In this document: piece after piece, positions 1 through 13,569 of the stretch
How the letters are laid out: every line of letters begins with the position of its first letter
How positions within the stretch are numbered: position 1 is the stretch's first letter
DNA from: Octopus sinensis
Taxonomy: Eukaryota
Reading direction: 5' to 3'
DNA length: 64,000 bases
Assembly: GCF_006345805.1 (NCBI RefSeq)
Contig: NC_043008.1
Span: forward strand, 76,632,001 to 76,696,000
Notes under the pieces: model-generated
The model's database searches: none
The model's input: only the letters and a program-made list of their open reading frames with translations
Told to the model about the DNA's origin: nothing
Made by a program: the position numbers and the translations under genes

Positions 1-180
1 GGAGGTTTGTTTTCCATGCATTCGCAGATGAGATTTGAGGCCAAGAAAAGATTGTGCACACTAAAAGGTCATTGTCATTCACCATCTCGATCGTTACATT
101 CTTCCTTAGATTTCTTTTAAGTCTTACTTGTGCCTTCCTGGCCTCTTCAAACGCTTTCACTCCACTCCACACCTTAAAAC
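1..180 (-). mobile_element. RTE-clade LINE, 3' coding remnant
   Basis: The minus strand reads ..SGVKAFEEARKAQVRLKRNLRK.. and ..GLKSHLRMH, like the C-terminus and terminal His motif of RTE ORFs. It is frameshifted. Confidence 0.5.
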
Positions 181-233
181 TTATATATATATATATATAA
201 ATTTCTATTGAATTTTTTGCTACCCTTATATTG

Positions 234-266
<33 letters not shown>

Positions 267-302
267 ATATATATTATATATATATACATATATATATATA
301 TT

Positions 303-445
303 TCCGACAACGAATGTTCCAGTTGATCCGATTAACGGAACAGCCTGCTCGTGAAGTTAACGTACAAGTGGCTGAGCACTCCACAAACACGTGATGTACC
401 CTTAACAAAGTTCCCATGGAGATTCAGTATGACACAGAATTATAG
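303..445 (-). mobile_element. SINE 3' fragment (same family as 24533-24876)
   Basis: Reverse-complement match to the 3' half of 24533-24876 (GTGCTCAGCCACTT..GTTCCGTT..ATCGGATCAACTGGAAC). Confidence 0.75.
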
Positions 446-479
446 GTATAACTCATTTTTACCAGCTGTATACTTGTAG

Positions 480-2000
<1,521 letters not shown>

Positions 2001-3339
2001 CTTTCTTTCTTTCTCTGTGTTTACTTTATATTTCAGAATCCGGAAACCATCTGACCATTTTCCTCCCACCCCTGGAATATCCACGTCATTCTTCCTGTAA
2101 ACATGGATCTATCTAAGTTCAGATTGAACATCAAACTCATCAATATCACTAGTCAGGGATATCTTGTCAAATTCAAGGCTACCGCTCCTCCTTCCCTCTT
2201 CTTTACCTCCTCCATTCACTGACAGAATAAACTCCATGGTGCTCACCTCTCTTCAATCCTTAAGCTTATCTATAAAAACTTTGATAGTTGTTCGGAATGT
2301 GATACCAATTCATGTAATTGTATGTGTGTATGTGTGTAAGTGTTAATTTGTATGTAATATGCATGTGAATGAGAGTGCGTTTGCATGTGTACGTAGATTT
2401 GTGTGTTTGCGTGTGTATGTATGGTGGGGTTGCAATCTAATTTTTTATGCCAGTAAATCAAAATTGCAGCCTCTATTAATGCAGCCTTCGTATATTGGTA
2501 GGCCAATAATGGTGCTTAGGGTGGCTTTTAATCAAATATGTTTAACTCCGTCGAGAAAGTGAAAGGCAGGTCACGTGACTTAATCTACAGGGCATCGCTG
2601 TGAGCGTGTTAGAATGCATATTTGATCCAAATATTTCATTTCAAGTAATTATGTAATGTCAGCTGTGATTATTAACCTGCTCGAAACTGAGGTCTTCACC
2701 GACCAATTACATAGATGAACCTACTCTTTTTCGTTCAAGCAATGAAGAAATAGTGTTAAGTATTGATTTTTAACGACAGAACAGAAGTTGATGTGAACCT
2801 GACTATTAGATAGAAGCGGTCATGTTGACTTTCTAGTTATTTCTATTCTACCTTCTTTTAGAGAGAATATAAATGATTTTTCGACAGAATACTCCCATAT
2901 CTGCTGCTCATACAATTAGTTTCTTACATTTTATCCTTTCAGATTCTGTCATTCTAGATCAAGTTTCATTCTGATCGATCTAAACATGCGATATACTTGA
3001 CTTTCACATTTACACAACATATGTGTAATATTAAAGCTAGCATTTTTATTAGCTCCTAGATTTTTAATGTTATATGGTTATCTTCTCTTGTCAATAGACA
3101 ATTCAATATTGTTTGCAAGGAGGTTGTAATCATCCATAAGTTTGAAATGAAGCAGACTGCAAGCTGGAATTATACTGAAATTAATATAAAACAAATTCTG
3201 GAGGATTGGATTTCTGCGAAGAAAGGACTCAGAGACTGGTGAGTATTAGATTTCAGGTAAATAGAATATAGATGCGGAGAAAAGGGGAGACGAATAAATT
3301 AGAATTCATCCTGGTAAGGTATCTAGGGATCAATTAGTT

Positions 3340-3600
3340 CCAAGAAGCAGAGGACATCATTGTTGTTGTAGAGACGACAGAGAAGACACATCATGTTTGT
3401 GAGTGAGAGATTGAAGTGCATTGATGAACGGTTTTATATCAATTAATCAAGTAGCACTTCTCTGAATGCGATCTACAATGTATGCCTGTGCATGCGTAGC
3501 AGCACCATCCCAAATACTGGAACAGTACTTGGTCGCGGGTCTCTCTTGAATTTTGTTGAGAGTTAGTCTATTTTCACGCCTGCTAAGATGCATCTGAAAA
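3340..3600 (-). mobile_element. CR1/L2/Jockey-type LINE, post-RT C-terminal remnant
   Basis: The minus strand reads KYCSSIWDGAA..IVDRIQRSA..LI..LQSLTHKHDVSSLS, typical of the region after RT. Confidence 0.5.
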
Positions 3601-3639
3601 GCACCGCTCCCCTCTCCACTGCTTCAATTGCCTCTGACG

Positions 3640-4540
3640 GAATAATTAGACTGGCCCACGTTTTCTCTTGTTTAGTTCCCATGCTTGCGTTAGCATCTGG
3701 TCCCTATTTGTGACGTCCACAGTAAAGCGTTGTTTCTTTTTCTTCGCTGCTGCTGTTGCTGTTGCTGTTGAGTGAACGGTCTTCGTCCCAGAGCTCGCAA
3801 GATGGGAAAAGTCCGAAACGTGGTCCTTTGCTATTCGTAAGACCCGTAAAAGAGAAAGCAGGTCAACCCCTGACACCGAGAGCATCGACCGATGGCTGAA
3901 TGCGCATCAAGGTTCAGCGGTTGCGTAGGAAGTCGGGGAGCTGTTGCTGCTGCTGCTGCTGCAAACGTGCTTCTGTTGTTGGTATTGTTCTCACTGTTGT
4001 TGTTGTTGTTGGTGGTGGTAGTGGTGGTGCTGCTGCTGCTTCTGCTGCCATTGCTGTTGTTGTTGGTGCTCTTTTTGATGTTGTTGGTACGGGTTTTGTT
4101 GCTGTTGTTGTTGTTGTCACTTTTGCTCTAGTTGTTGCTGTAGTCGCTATCGGTAGTGCGGCTGCAGTTGCTGTCTTCTTCGTGGCTGATGTTGCTGTCA
4201 CTACTACTACTGCTGGGGCTGCTGTGACTGTTGCGGCTGCTTCTGTTATCGTTATTACCGCTGTTGCTGTTTCTGCTACTGTTGTTCTTGTTGTTAGGTG
4301 GACTTTGTACCGTGATAGTATTGTTTTTCTCCTCTTCCCTTTCTCCTGCATTGTAGCCAGTAACGGTGGGAAGGGGAGTAAAATCTTCAACAGTTACCAT
4401 ATTCAAAGGAGGGGTTGTTTTATTTTTTTCCCCAACACTTTCAAGATACGCTTGGCCATCTTGTTGAGTAATATTTGATTCAATTAAATTAAACACCCAC
4501 CGAAATTACTTGGTGGGACGAATATGGCCGCTCTAGGGGC
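3640..4540 (-). mobile_element. Probable decayed Tx1/L1-like ORF1 region with trinucleotide-rich linker
   Basis: A low-complexity CAA/CAG-rich stretch followed by a decayed VRG.P..F..DH knuckle-like segment. The layout resembles 6500-7200. Confidence 0.3.
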
Positions 4541-4707
4541 TAAACAACCATAGAATACCAGTAACAGGTTCCTGTGTTTCTATTCACAACTTGGGATAAA
4601 ATAAATATTGCAAAACAACACCAATCCTGGAGTAAATAAATACTTTGAACTGGACATACTTGGAGCGTTCGAAAACACGTCCGATGCATTCCGCAGCAAG
4701 TATAATG

Positions 4708-4765
<58 letters not shown>

Positions 4766-4767
<2 letters not shown>

Positions 4768-5222
4768 TATTCTGCTCAATACCACAGATTTGCTTGTCAG
4801 TTGCTTGACCTTAACCAGTTGAGCATGTCCCTTAGTGGCTGACGATATGTGCATCTCTGATCACAAGCAGAAGTAGTGGGGGAGCATCATAGCCATCTGT
4901 TGAGAGGGATTCTTTGGGGTTTGAATAATTCACCTCTGGAAACATGGGTGGTTCTTTCAACATCCTTAAACAACCCTTATTCAGGGACCTTTTGAGCGAG
5001 ATGGGCTACTAAACCTGAAGAAAATTCTAACTGGGCCCCACCTGCAAGGTCATGTGCTGTTTATCTTGATATGAGACCACCATGTCGCGCACATATGGTT
5101 GTGATGCATGTGCCTGGTGTACCCTTATCAGACGGGTAGTCATGATGGGTATATTGGGCTTCCTATATTTTACCCCAGTGTCACTTTGATGGCATGCACT
5201 GCTCTCTCACTCAATAATAATA
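4766..5222 (+). mobile_element. About 0.5 kb non-coding interspersed element ending in (AAT)n, copy 1
   Basis: Highly similar to 46010-46480 and 49452-49945. Embedded in (AAT)n. Confidence 0.8.
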
Positions 5223-7290
5223 ATACTTTATTTATTGGTCAAACATAAAACCTAGTGGGTGATACACAGACGAGGGACAGTAAGGTTAAGCTTGTAAACA
5301 GAAAACAAACACAACAATTAACAAAATGATTAAATCAACAATATACTTCACCAGTAAAAGGAAGTTTCCCTTAAGGTGACCAAAAGAGACCTCACGCCCT
5401 TCGGCCCCCTTAAGATCAGTGGCTCCTCAGGAAGGCACCCTTCTCTTCTCCGTTCCATCCGACCTGCGGGTGCTCACTTAGAGTAGGCCCATTCAAGCGG
5501 CCATTATTTCCACATACATCCACCTTTCAACGAACCTACTGGGTGATAGTACCACCCTCTCTAGCCTCACTTTCCTTTTCTGGTAGAATCTGAAAAATTC
5601 AATAGGCCTGGGCTAAAGAGGAAAGTACTCATCTTCAACTCTTGCAATCGCATCCACCACACAACCTCTTTTGTCATAGCCACCGGATAGAGAGCAAATG
5701 CCCTCCCTTCTTGGCCAAAGGAAAAAGGCGGGGCGATCTTCACAATGGACTCAGACGATAGCCGGATCCGTCCTACACGTGACACTTACTGTTCTACAAA
5801 GCTCCACAAGTCAGCAATGCACGGGCAATGTCGGAGAGCATGTAGAACGGTTTTATCGCTTCCCATGCATCTCGCACAAACCCAACTGACTGCATACCCG
5901 TTCTTGTAGAGCTCATCTCGAACAGGCAGCGCCCCCAGGTAACACGGCCAGACCAGGGATTTCTGGAAGTATCCATAGTTCCCGGTCCGAAAGTCCTCCG
6001 GAAGAGACCAGCCAGTTGATCCCCCTCGACACCCAGGTCCTCTCCGCGTATGTCATCGCTCTTGCTCTCCACCAATCTCCTCTCATGGACAGCTTCCTCT
6101 CGGCCTATTTCTGGGTGAAATTGGCCACCCTGTCTGTCACCTCGATCTAGTTCTTGTCCGCTTGGAGATCCGGACCGAACCAGACCATGAGTAATGTAAC
6201 AGGTCCTTCCATCCAGCGCCCCACAACACTGTCGGTTGGCATGGTCATGCCTCTCCAGATGCCGAGCTGCAGGTCCGATACGAACATTCCGCATCTCAGT
6301 TCCCGCGGGATGCCCCTCGAAACATCCAGCTTCCGCAGTTGTGCTTAGGTAGTTTCTTGACCTCCAGTATTGTATCTTCTAAACCTGCCAGGACGGTTCC
6401 ACTAACCAGGTAATGGATATTTCTGGTAGCACATTCAGCACCCTAACCATGGAAAGACGTTGGCCACGCTAGCTGGGGATTAAGAAAAGTTGTCATTCTT
6501 CAAAGTGATTGCGGAATAGCATCGAGCCTCTTATTCCGTCCTAAATCTCACCTCAAAGGTTCCAAACTTCTTTCCTCATGTGACGTGGGTCTTTTGTTAC
6601 CACTCGCGCCCAAGGCATTTTTGTACTTCGCTCTCGGGAGCATTTTCCACCCACCGAGACCTGATTCTGATGCAATGGTATGTGACCGTACATCTTGCGA
6701 TATTTTCTATCACGTCTGATGAAGGATTTAGAGCTACCCTTCTTCCATCTCTTTTAACAATTTTTCTAGCAAATTTTAATTCTTCTTCATCTATGTGGAA
6801 GCACTTCATAGTTCTCGCCACTGACGCAAAAGAAACAGGTGCGAAATTTGCATTTTTATGTTTTATTTATTTTTATTGTTGTTGCTGTTATTATTATTGT
6901 TGTTGTTGCTACTCCTGCTACTGCTGCTGCTGCTGCTGCTGTCACTGCTGCTGCTAATGTCACTGATGCTGCTGTTGCTGTTGTTGTTCTCTTTGTCGAC
7001 CCCTGAAGTTTTGACGTTGCTTAGAGACGAAATATTTTTCGCCCCGGTAACGTCATTAAATTTAGGCCATTCGATGATAATATTCTCATTTCTTTCCTTG
7101 ATCTCAAAATTTCTCAAGGAGCGCGTTCCTTTATCGAACATCATAATGGCTTCTTTATCAGCCATCTTTAAAAATTGCAGAAAATTGCGAAATATTTGTT
7201 TTTGCCGAAAGCAGTTAAAATTTTAAAATTATTTACGCGCACTTCCTGCGAAACAGTGGGTGTTTCTACATAAAAATACTATCTGCACAA
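5223..7290 (-). mobile_element. Internally deleted Tx1/L1-like LINE
   Basis: ORF1-like pieces (6863-7165, 6597-6821) join near 6310 directly to the ORF2 C-terminal domain (RRTFGPGTM..; RIRLSSESIVKIAPP..KEVVWWMRL). AATAAA lies at the 3' end, next to (AAT)n. Confidence 0.7.
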
Positions 7291-7420
7291 TCCAGACAAT
7301 CTCCGAAATGTAATGGTAACAACAGAAATGAAAAGATGGGGCCTTAGAAGGCCGAGACGATTACAAAAACTTTTTCAACTTACAGAGTACCCAATTTCCG
7401 TTACTTCACAGTATGGTGGC

Positions 7421-7495
<75 letters not shown>

Positions 7496-7527
7496 AAGAA
7501 GAAGAAGAAGAAGAAGAAGAAGAAGAA

Positions 7528-8322
7528 TACTTTGTTGACTACAAAGGCTGCAAAAAAACACTTAGTGCAATTCAAAGACAAAGGATAAAAAATGATATGT
7601 GACAAAAAATCCTAAAAAAATTCCCAATAGGGCAGGAAAGACATCCTGGAGAAGCCAAGGAACAACTCAAATCCCAAGCAAGCCCTTTATCAAGAGTACC
7701 ATGGCTAGAAATCATCTCCGTGATCATCAGCCTACAGGTGCCAACGTATAGTAGGCCCTCTGGTTCCATCCATGTTAGATACATTCACCATTTTAGAAAT
7801 TTACTGGGTTGAGGAACAACACCTCTCTTTCCACCATTTTCATGGAAAATTTGTTGAGATCTTTGCTGAAAAAGAAGGTGTTTGCTTCAATCTTTCAGCC
7901 GCGTCAATCACACATCTTTTCACCATAGCCAACATACAGAAGAAAACTGCATGCCCCTCGCTGCCACAAAGAAGTGGCGGGCGATGTTCACGATAGAATC
8001 TACCGATAGCCGGATAGGTTTTATACATGATTTCAGTTATCCGACGTAATTCTACAAGTCAGCAATGCTTGAGCACTGTACAAGCGCGAATAACCGCATG
8101 AACATGCAGAAAGAGACCAGCCGATTGATGTTCATCTCTTGGGGTCTGTGTCATTATTACCCACTTCTAATCCTCTTAAAGAAGCTATGGTGAAGCATCC
8201 AGTAACTGCTATGCTTGACTGACAGAGGGCTATGTTTACCTAGCATCACTCAAAGTACCTGTTACCCTGTCTGGCTCCACGCTTGATTCAAGACTACAGT
8301 TCTGCCAAAGAGACGAGTTCCA
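7528..8322 (-). mobile_element. Tx1/L1-like LINE 3' fragment
   Basis: C-terminal motif EGHAVFFCMLAMVK, homologous to the 5567-5785 ORF. The 3' end abuts (AAT)n(AAG)n. Confidence 0.6.
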
Positions 8323-8329
8323 TTTAATA

Positions 8330-8465
8330 AGCGGCGATTACACCACCTCAAGGAAACACCTTATGAACAAAAACGTAGAAGCTATACCTGGGCTCTCAAC
8401 ACTAACCAAAAAATAGCCCTGCTAGGAACAGCTCGCATCTTTCGCAAGACGTGTCAATTCAATAG
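8330..8465 (+). mobile_element. Dong/R4 LINE 3' end remnant
   Basis: Reads IPG..KIALLGTARIFRK, matching the C-terminus at 47690-47749. Confidence 0.5.
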
Positions 8466-8799
8466 TACAAACTAAATAAAACAATCCACAAACACAAGAC
8501 ACACTCTATACAGCAACTATCTAAAAAAAAATTTTAAGAAAAGATAAACTCACACAGCATGAACTCTACAGGTCGGATACCCAACAGAACAACTTGCATT
8601 GCATACACAAAACACTGATACAACAAAAGACTCTAATCAAACCCGATATCAAAACAAATTTATGCAATGCAATACCGGGAAGAGTTTGTACCTCCCCAAT
8701 AACAAAAAACAAGAACACAGAATGTTATAAACACACCTCAGTGACACGGCGACGTAGCAGGGGTTGCTGCAAATGTCTGCCTGAAATTTCCAATAATGA

Positions 8800-9762
8800 T
8801 AATTCCTTCTACGATAGGCACAATGCCTGAATTGTGGCAGGCGATCCCGAAAGGGTGAAAAGTAAAGTCAACCTCGGCGGAATTCGAACTCAGAACATAA
8901 GGAGGGGGAAGAAATACTGCTAAACATTTTCTCCGAATTGATAACGATTCTACTAGATCACCACCTTCATAGTAATAATGATCAAAATGGTTTCAAATTT
9001 TTCCAAAAGGACAGCAATTTTGAGGGTGGGTACGAGTCGATTACTTCGACCACAGTACTTAACTTATCGACACCGAAAAGATGAACAGTAAAATCGACCT
9101 CAACGAAATTTGAACTCAGAACGTATCGACGGGTGAACGAGTCTACCAGCTCGCCGCCTTAGAAATAATAATAATAAATGTTTCTACTATAGGCACAAGG
9201 TCTGGATTTTCTGGGGAGGGGGACAGTCGATTGCATCGAACCTAGTATTCAACTGGTACTTAATTTATTGATACCGAAAGAATGAAAGGCAACGTCGACC
9301 TCGGTGGAATTTGAAATCAGAACGTAGTGGCAGACGAAATACCTATTTCTTTACTACCCACAAGGGGCTAAACACAGAGAGGACAAACAAAGACAGACAA
9401 ACGGATTAAGTCGATTATATCGACCCCAGTGCGTAACTGGTACTTATTTAATCGATCCCGAAAGGATGACAGTCGACCTCGGCAGAATTTGAACCGCAGA
9501 ATTTGAATGTAACCGCAGACGAAATACCTATTTCTTAACTACCCATAAGGGGCTAAACACAGAGAGGACAAACAAGAACAGACAAACGGATTAAGTCGAT
9601 TATATCGACCCCAATTTGTAACTGGTACTTAATTTATTGACCCCGAAAGGATGAAGGGCAAAGTCGACGTCGGCGGAATTTGAACTCAGAACGTATGGGC
9701 AGACAAAATACGGCTACGCATTTTGCCCGGCGTGCTAACGTTTCTGCCAGCTCGCCGCCTTA
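8800..9762 (-). mobile_element. Cluster of about 5 tRNA-head SINE copies with a Nin/Deu-like central domain
   Basis: Head GGCGGCGAGCTGGCAGAAACGTTAGCACGCCGGG, B-box GAGTTCAAATTCC, then GCC(T/C)TTCATCCTTTCGGGGTC(G/A)ATAAATTAAGTACCAG. An approximately 180 bp body repeats in tandem at 9170-9762. Other copies lie near 21830-21970, 50060-50190, 54745-55050 and 59530-59670. Confidence 0.85.
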
Positions 9763-9783
9763 ATGGTAATAATCATAATAATA

Positions 9784-9832
<49 letters not shown>

Positions 9833-10703
9833 CGACGATGATGACTATGATGATGGCTATGATGATGACTATGATGATGATGATGATGATGACAGTCATG
9901 ACGGTGCTGCATTAACGCAACACATTCTTATTAGTGTTTCTGCTACTTTAAGAAATTAATTATGAAGTTGTAATTTCGTTAAAAAGTATAATCGATTCTT
10001 TCTAACAATTTTCTTAGCCACATCCAGTGTATTTGATTTCATGTATATTCTTTCTAGCTACCTTAATAAACAACATTATATTGATCTATCGTAATTCAAT
10101 TATTTTCTTACAGTTCCGAATACATTTGTCTTGTTAAGAACAAACGGAACATTGTTTAACATTGCTTCATAAAATATTTCAAGCTATGATAAACTGAGTT
10201 ATATGATTTCGTTGACACAACTGTAATAATTGCTTTATATATTATTATACCCGGGATCGTTCTTAATAAAATCGTTTTAGTTCATTGAATTTGCTCACTT
10301 GTTATCGCTCATAATCTAGTCATGGTGCTTGATTCTGTTTTATGTGTGTATTTATGTATATATATGTGTGCATGTAGGCATATGTATGTATCGGGATGTA
10401 TATACATATGTGTGCGTGTGTGTGTGCGTGTATTTGGAGTGTACTTTATGCAGATATTAGTGTGTAGATACCTAGATACATGGGTAGAATGATAAATAGA
10501 TAAATGAAGAGACAGACAAACAGAAAACAATGGTTGAAAGATATAGAGAAATGTGAAAAGATTCAAAACTCGTTTATGTTAGTATTTTGTATTACAGATG
10601 TGAAAGTGTGTGTATGTGTGTATGTATATATAGATGCATACATACATATATATATATGTATGTATGTGTGTATGTATGTATGTATGTATGTATGCATGCA
10701 TGC

Positions 10704-10746
<43 letters not shown>

Positions 10747-10859
10747 TATTATATATATATATATATTATATATATATATATTATATAACATTATATTATT
10801 ATATTACTTTACATTATATTATATATATATTATATTATATTATATATTATATTATATTA

Positions 10860-11950
10860 GAGAAAAAATCAAAAACAAGGCAGAACGAGCATCTCAAGTG
10901 ATTTAGAATAATTTAATTAGGGTAAGGTGAATTTGAATTCTTTCAGCTGTTTCTGGGCTAACTCAATTGGTTGGTTAGCATGTCCGTTCACTGATTATTC
11001 CATCATCAGAGAGAAGGTATGAATATTTTAGACTGGAAAAATTTACAGTTTACAAGTAATACAATTCGCAGTTTATAAAGAATAAAATAGAAGAATAAAG
11101 TACTAAAATAAAAGAATAAGGAGTAAAAGTAGTTAGAAGAAAATAGGCAGGAGAAAAATGTTCACAACTCATCTTTTCCCAGAGGATATGGGTGTTGGTC
11201 GGTACTTCCATGAACGTACTCGTTTTTAGTTAAAATCCCAGGTAAAACCAGGCAATATTTTGGCAATGTTCTGAATGATGTATTCATACTGTAAATGTGT
11301 ATATGGGGCGAGAATGTATGATGGACATAAATGGATTTTGTGAGTGGGTGTAAGAGAGAAAAAGAGAGAGGAGAAAGAGAGAAACAGTGATAGGAGAAAG
11401 GATTAAAAGATGGCAAAAGGGAAAAATAATAAAATCAAGATAGAAAATAATGAAAATTAAATAAGAAGAAGAAGAAAAAGATAAAAGATGAGGTAATGAC
11501 AGATATATCCAAAATGGGTTTTGTGAATGAGCGTGTATGGGAGAGAGGAAAATGGGAATAAAAATAAAATGAAGTAAGATAGAGGTAACAAAGAATAATA
11601 CGATAAAAAGTAAATAAATAAAAGTAAAGGTAGCGATAAAGATATGTCAATATTGTATGAGGGTTAGTGTGGGATTGGAAGGCTAATCTAGATAAGGTTA
11701 TAATGACAATAGTTTGGTGCAGATATTTAAAATTGTATTTCAAGCTTCATAGCCATTAAATTGATATAGGATAAAGGATTAAGCCTAAAATTCAAAATTA
11801 AATTTGAAAATTAAAATTTAAAACTTAAATTTAAAATTACAAATTAAAAAAACTAAGATCTAAAAACATAAAATTAGAAATTATTGAATTGAAGTTAGTT
11901 TCTAATATAGTTATGTTGATAGAGAGGTAAGGGAAAAAGAGGAGTGTGTA
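10860..11950 (-). mobile_element. Putative Penelope-like 3' region / pseudo-LTR
   Basis: Bounded by (TA)n tracts, carries a hammerhead-like motif near its 3' end, and is collinear and co-oriented with the Penelope ORF fragments at 13570-17270. Confidence 0.45.
10937..11013 (-). ncRNA. Degenerate type I hammerhead ribozyme
   Basis: Minus strand: ttctct-CTGATGA-tgg..(long loop)..cca-GAAA-cagctg-AA-agaa. Stem III is palindromic, but the cleavage triplet reads GAA rather than NUH. Confidence 0.5.
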
Positions 11951-12273
11951 CATATATATATATATACACATACTTATATAGACATAGACATATATACATG
12001 CATATATACATATAGATACATATATACGTACATATAAGGCGCGCACATACATATACACACATACATACACACACACATATGTATACACACACACACAAAC
12101 ATATATATATATATATATAAAATAAATATAAGAGAGTGGTCACTATATGGCTCACTCTAGCACCAGTTAATCCAAAAGGTTTCAACCACAAAAATACATG
12201 TTTCCCATGAAAGTCAGTACGATTGTTAGCTCACACGGACAGGGCAAATAAAAAATAACAAAAATACAGATTA

Positions 12274-12355
12274 TTTTGGGACAATTGTTTCGCTATTAAT
12301 GAATTAAATGTAATTTTACTTACAAAAAAATCCACTTGTAGCTCGTCAGCCAAAA
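12274..12355 (-). ncRNA. Type I hammerhead ribozyme (intact core)
   Basis: Reverse complement of 12869-12950. Confidence 0.85.
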
Positions 12356-12868
12356 CTATCTGGATGAAATCCACTCAATCACACGCCAGATTTTACCATA
12401 ACGATAAATACGCGTGTGGTTCAATTGATTACATCCGACGTTATAATTCAAATGCCCCAACTAACAGCGCGCCAAACTTTCACGGAAAACAAAGACTGCA
12501 TTTAGAAATAAATGCAGCATAATTATAATTAATTAATAAGGGTGAGAGAATTAGATACTAATTTAATAGTATATCTATTCAACACCAAGTGGCCTAGTGC
12601 TCCGAGAAACCTGGATTATTATAATATTTTATAATATATTATAATATTTTTGCAAAATAAATATAAGAGAGTGGTCACTATATGGCTCACTCTAGCACCA
12701 GTTAATCCAAAAGGTTTCAACCACAAAATTAAATGTTTCCCATGAAAGTCAGTACGCTGTTAGTTGGGGCATTTGAATTATAACGTCGGATGTAATCAAT
12801 TGAACCACACGCGTATTTATCATTATGGTAAAATCTGGCGTGTGATTGAGTGGATTTCATCCAGATAG

Positions 12869-12950
12869 TTTTGGCTGACGAGCTACAAGTGGATTTTTTT
12901 GTAAGTAAAATTACATTTAATTCATTAATAGCGAAACAATTGTCCCAAAA
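12869..12950 (+). ncRNA. Type I hammerhead ribozyme (intact core)
   Basis: ttttgg-CTGACGA-gcta..AT-rich loop..tagc-GAAA-caattg-TC-ccaaaa. It has a 6-bp stem I, a 4-bp stem II, a palindromic minimal stem III and a GUC cleavage triplet. Confidence 0.88.
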
Positions 12951-13246
12951 TAATCTGTATTTTTGTTATTTTTTATTTGCCCTGTCCGTGTGAGCTAACA
13001 ATCGTACTGACTTTCATGGGAAACATGTATTTTTGTGGTTGAAACCTTTTGGATTAACTGGTGCTAGAGTGAGCCATATAGTGACCACTCTCTTATATTT
13101 ATTTTGTAAAAATATTATATATTATAAAATATTATAATAATCCAGGTTTCTCGGAGCACTAGGCCACTTGGTGTTGAATAGATATACTATTAAATTAGTA
13201 TCTAATTCTCTCACCCTTATTAATTAATTATATATATATATAGCGC

Positions 13247-13303
13247 AGGATTAAAATTAATCAAAGGATGTACTTAGTATGTCCTTTGATTAATTTTAAT
13301 CCT
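13247..13303. repeat. Perfect 22-bp inverted repeat (hairpin)
   Basis: AGGATTAAAATTAATCAAAGGA, a 13-nt loop, then TCCTTTGATTAATTTTAATCCT. Confidence 0.9.
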
Positions 13304-13452
13304 TCAACTATTTAATGCTTTTTGGGGACCTGCAATTGCCTATATTACTGATTCTGTCATTAACGTGTTCAACTGTTACACTAGATAATAATAGACTCAA
13401 TATATTTGCAAGTATATTTTCTCCTGAATTATTTGCTCCGTACATACGTGTG

Positions 13453-13507
<55 letters not shown>

Positions 13508-13569
13508 TGTAACGACCGTTGATGGCTGTGATATACGTGTTGATTTTGTTTGCATTTGGTTCGATGGAA

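Larger units (their letters stand above)
12116..13233. mobile_element. Non-coding hammerhead-containing element (retrozyme / Penelope pLTR-like), partial tandem plus inverted arm
   Basis: Direct repeat with a period of about 535 bp (12121 vs 12656). 12116-12469 and 12521-12756 are near-identical reverse complements of parts of 12755-13233. Flanked by (TA)n. Confidence 0.85.

Noticed and set aside
2570-2579. GTCACGTGAC E-box/CLEAR-type palindrome
   Set aside because: It is a single motif with no promoter or gene context.
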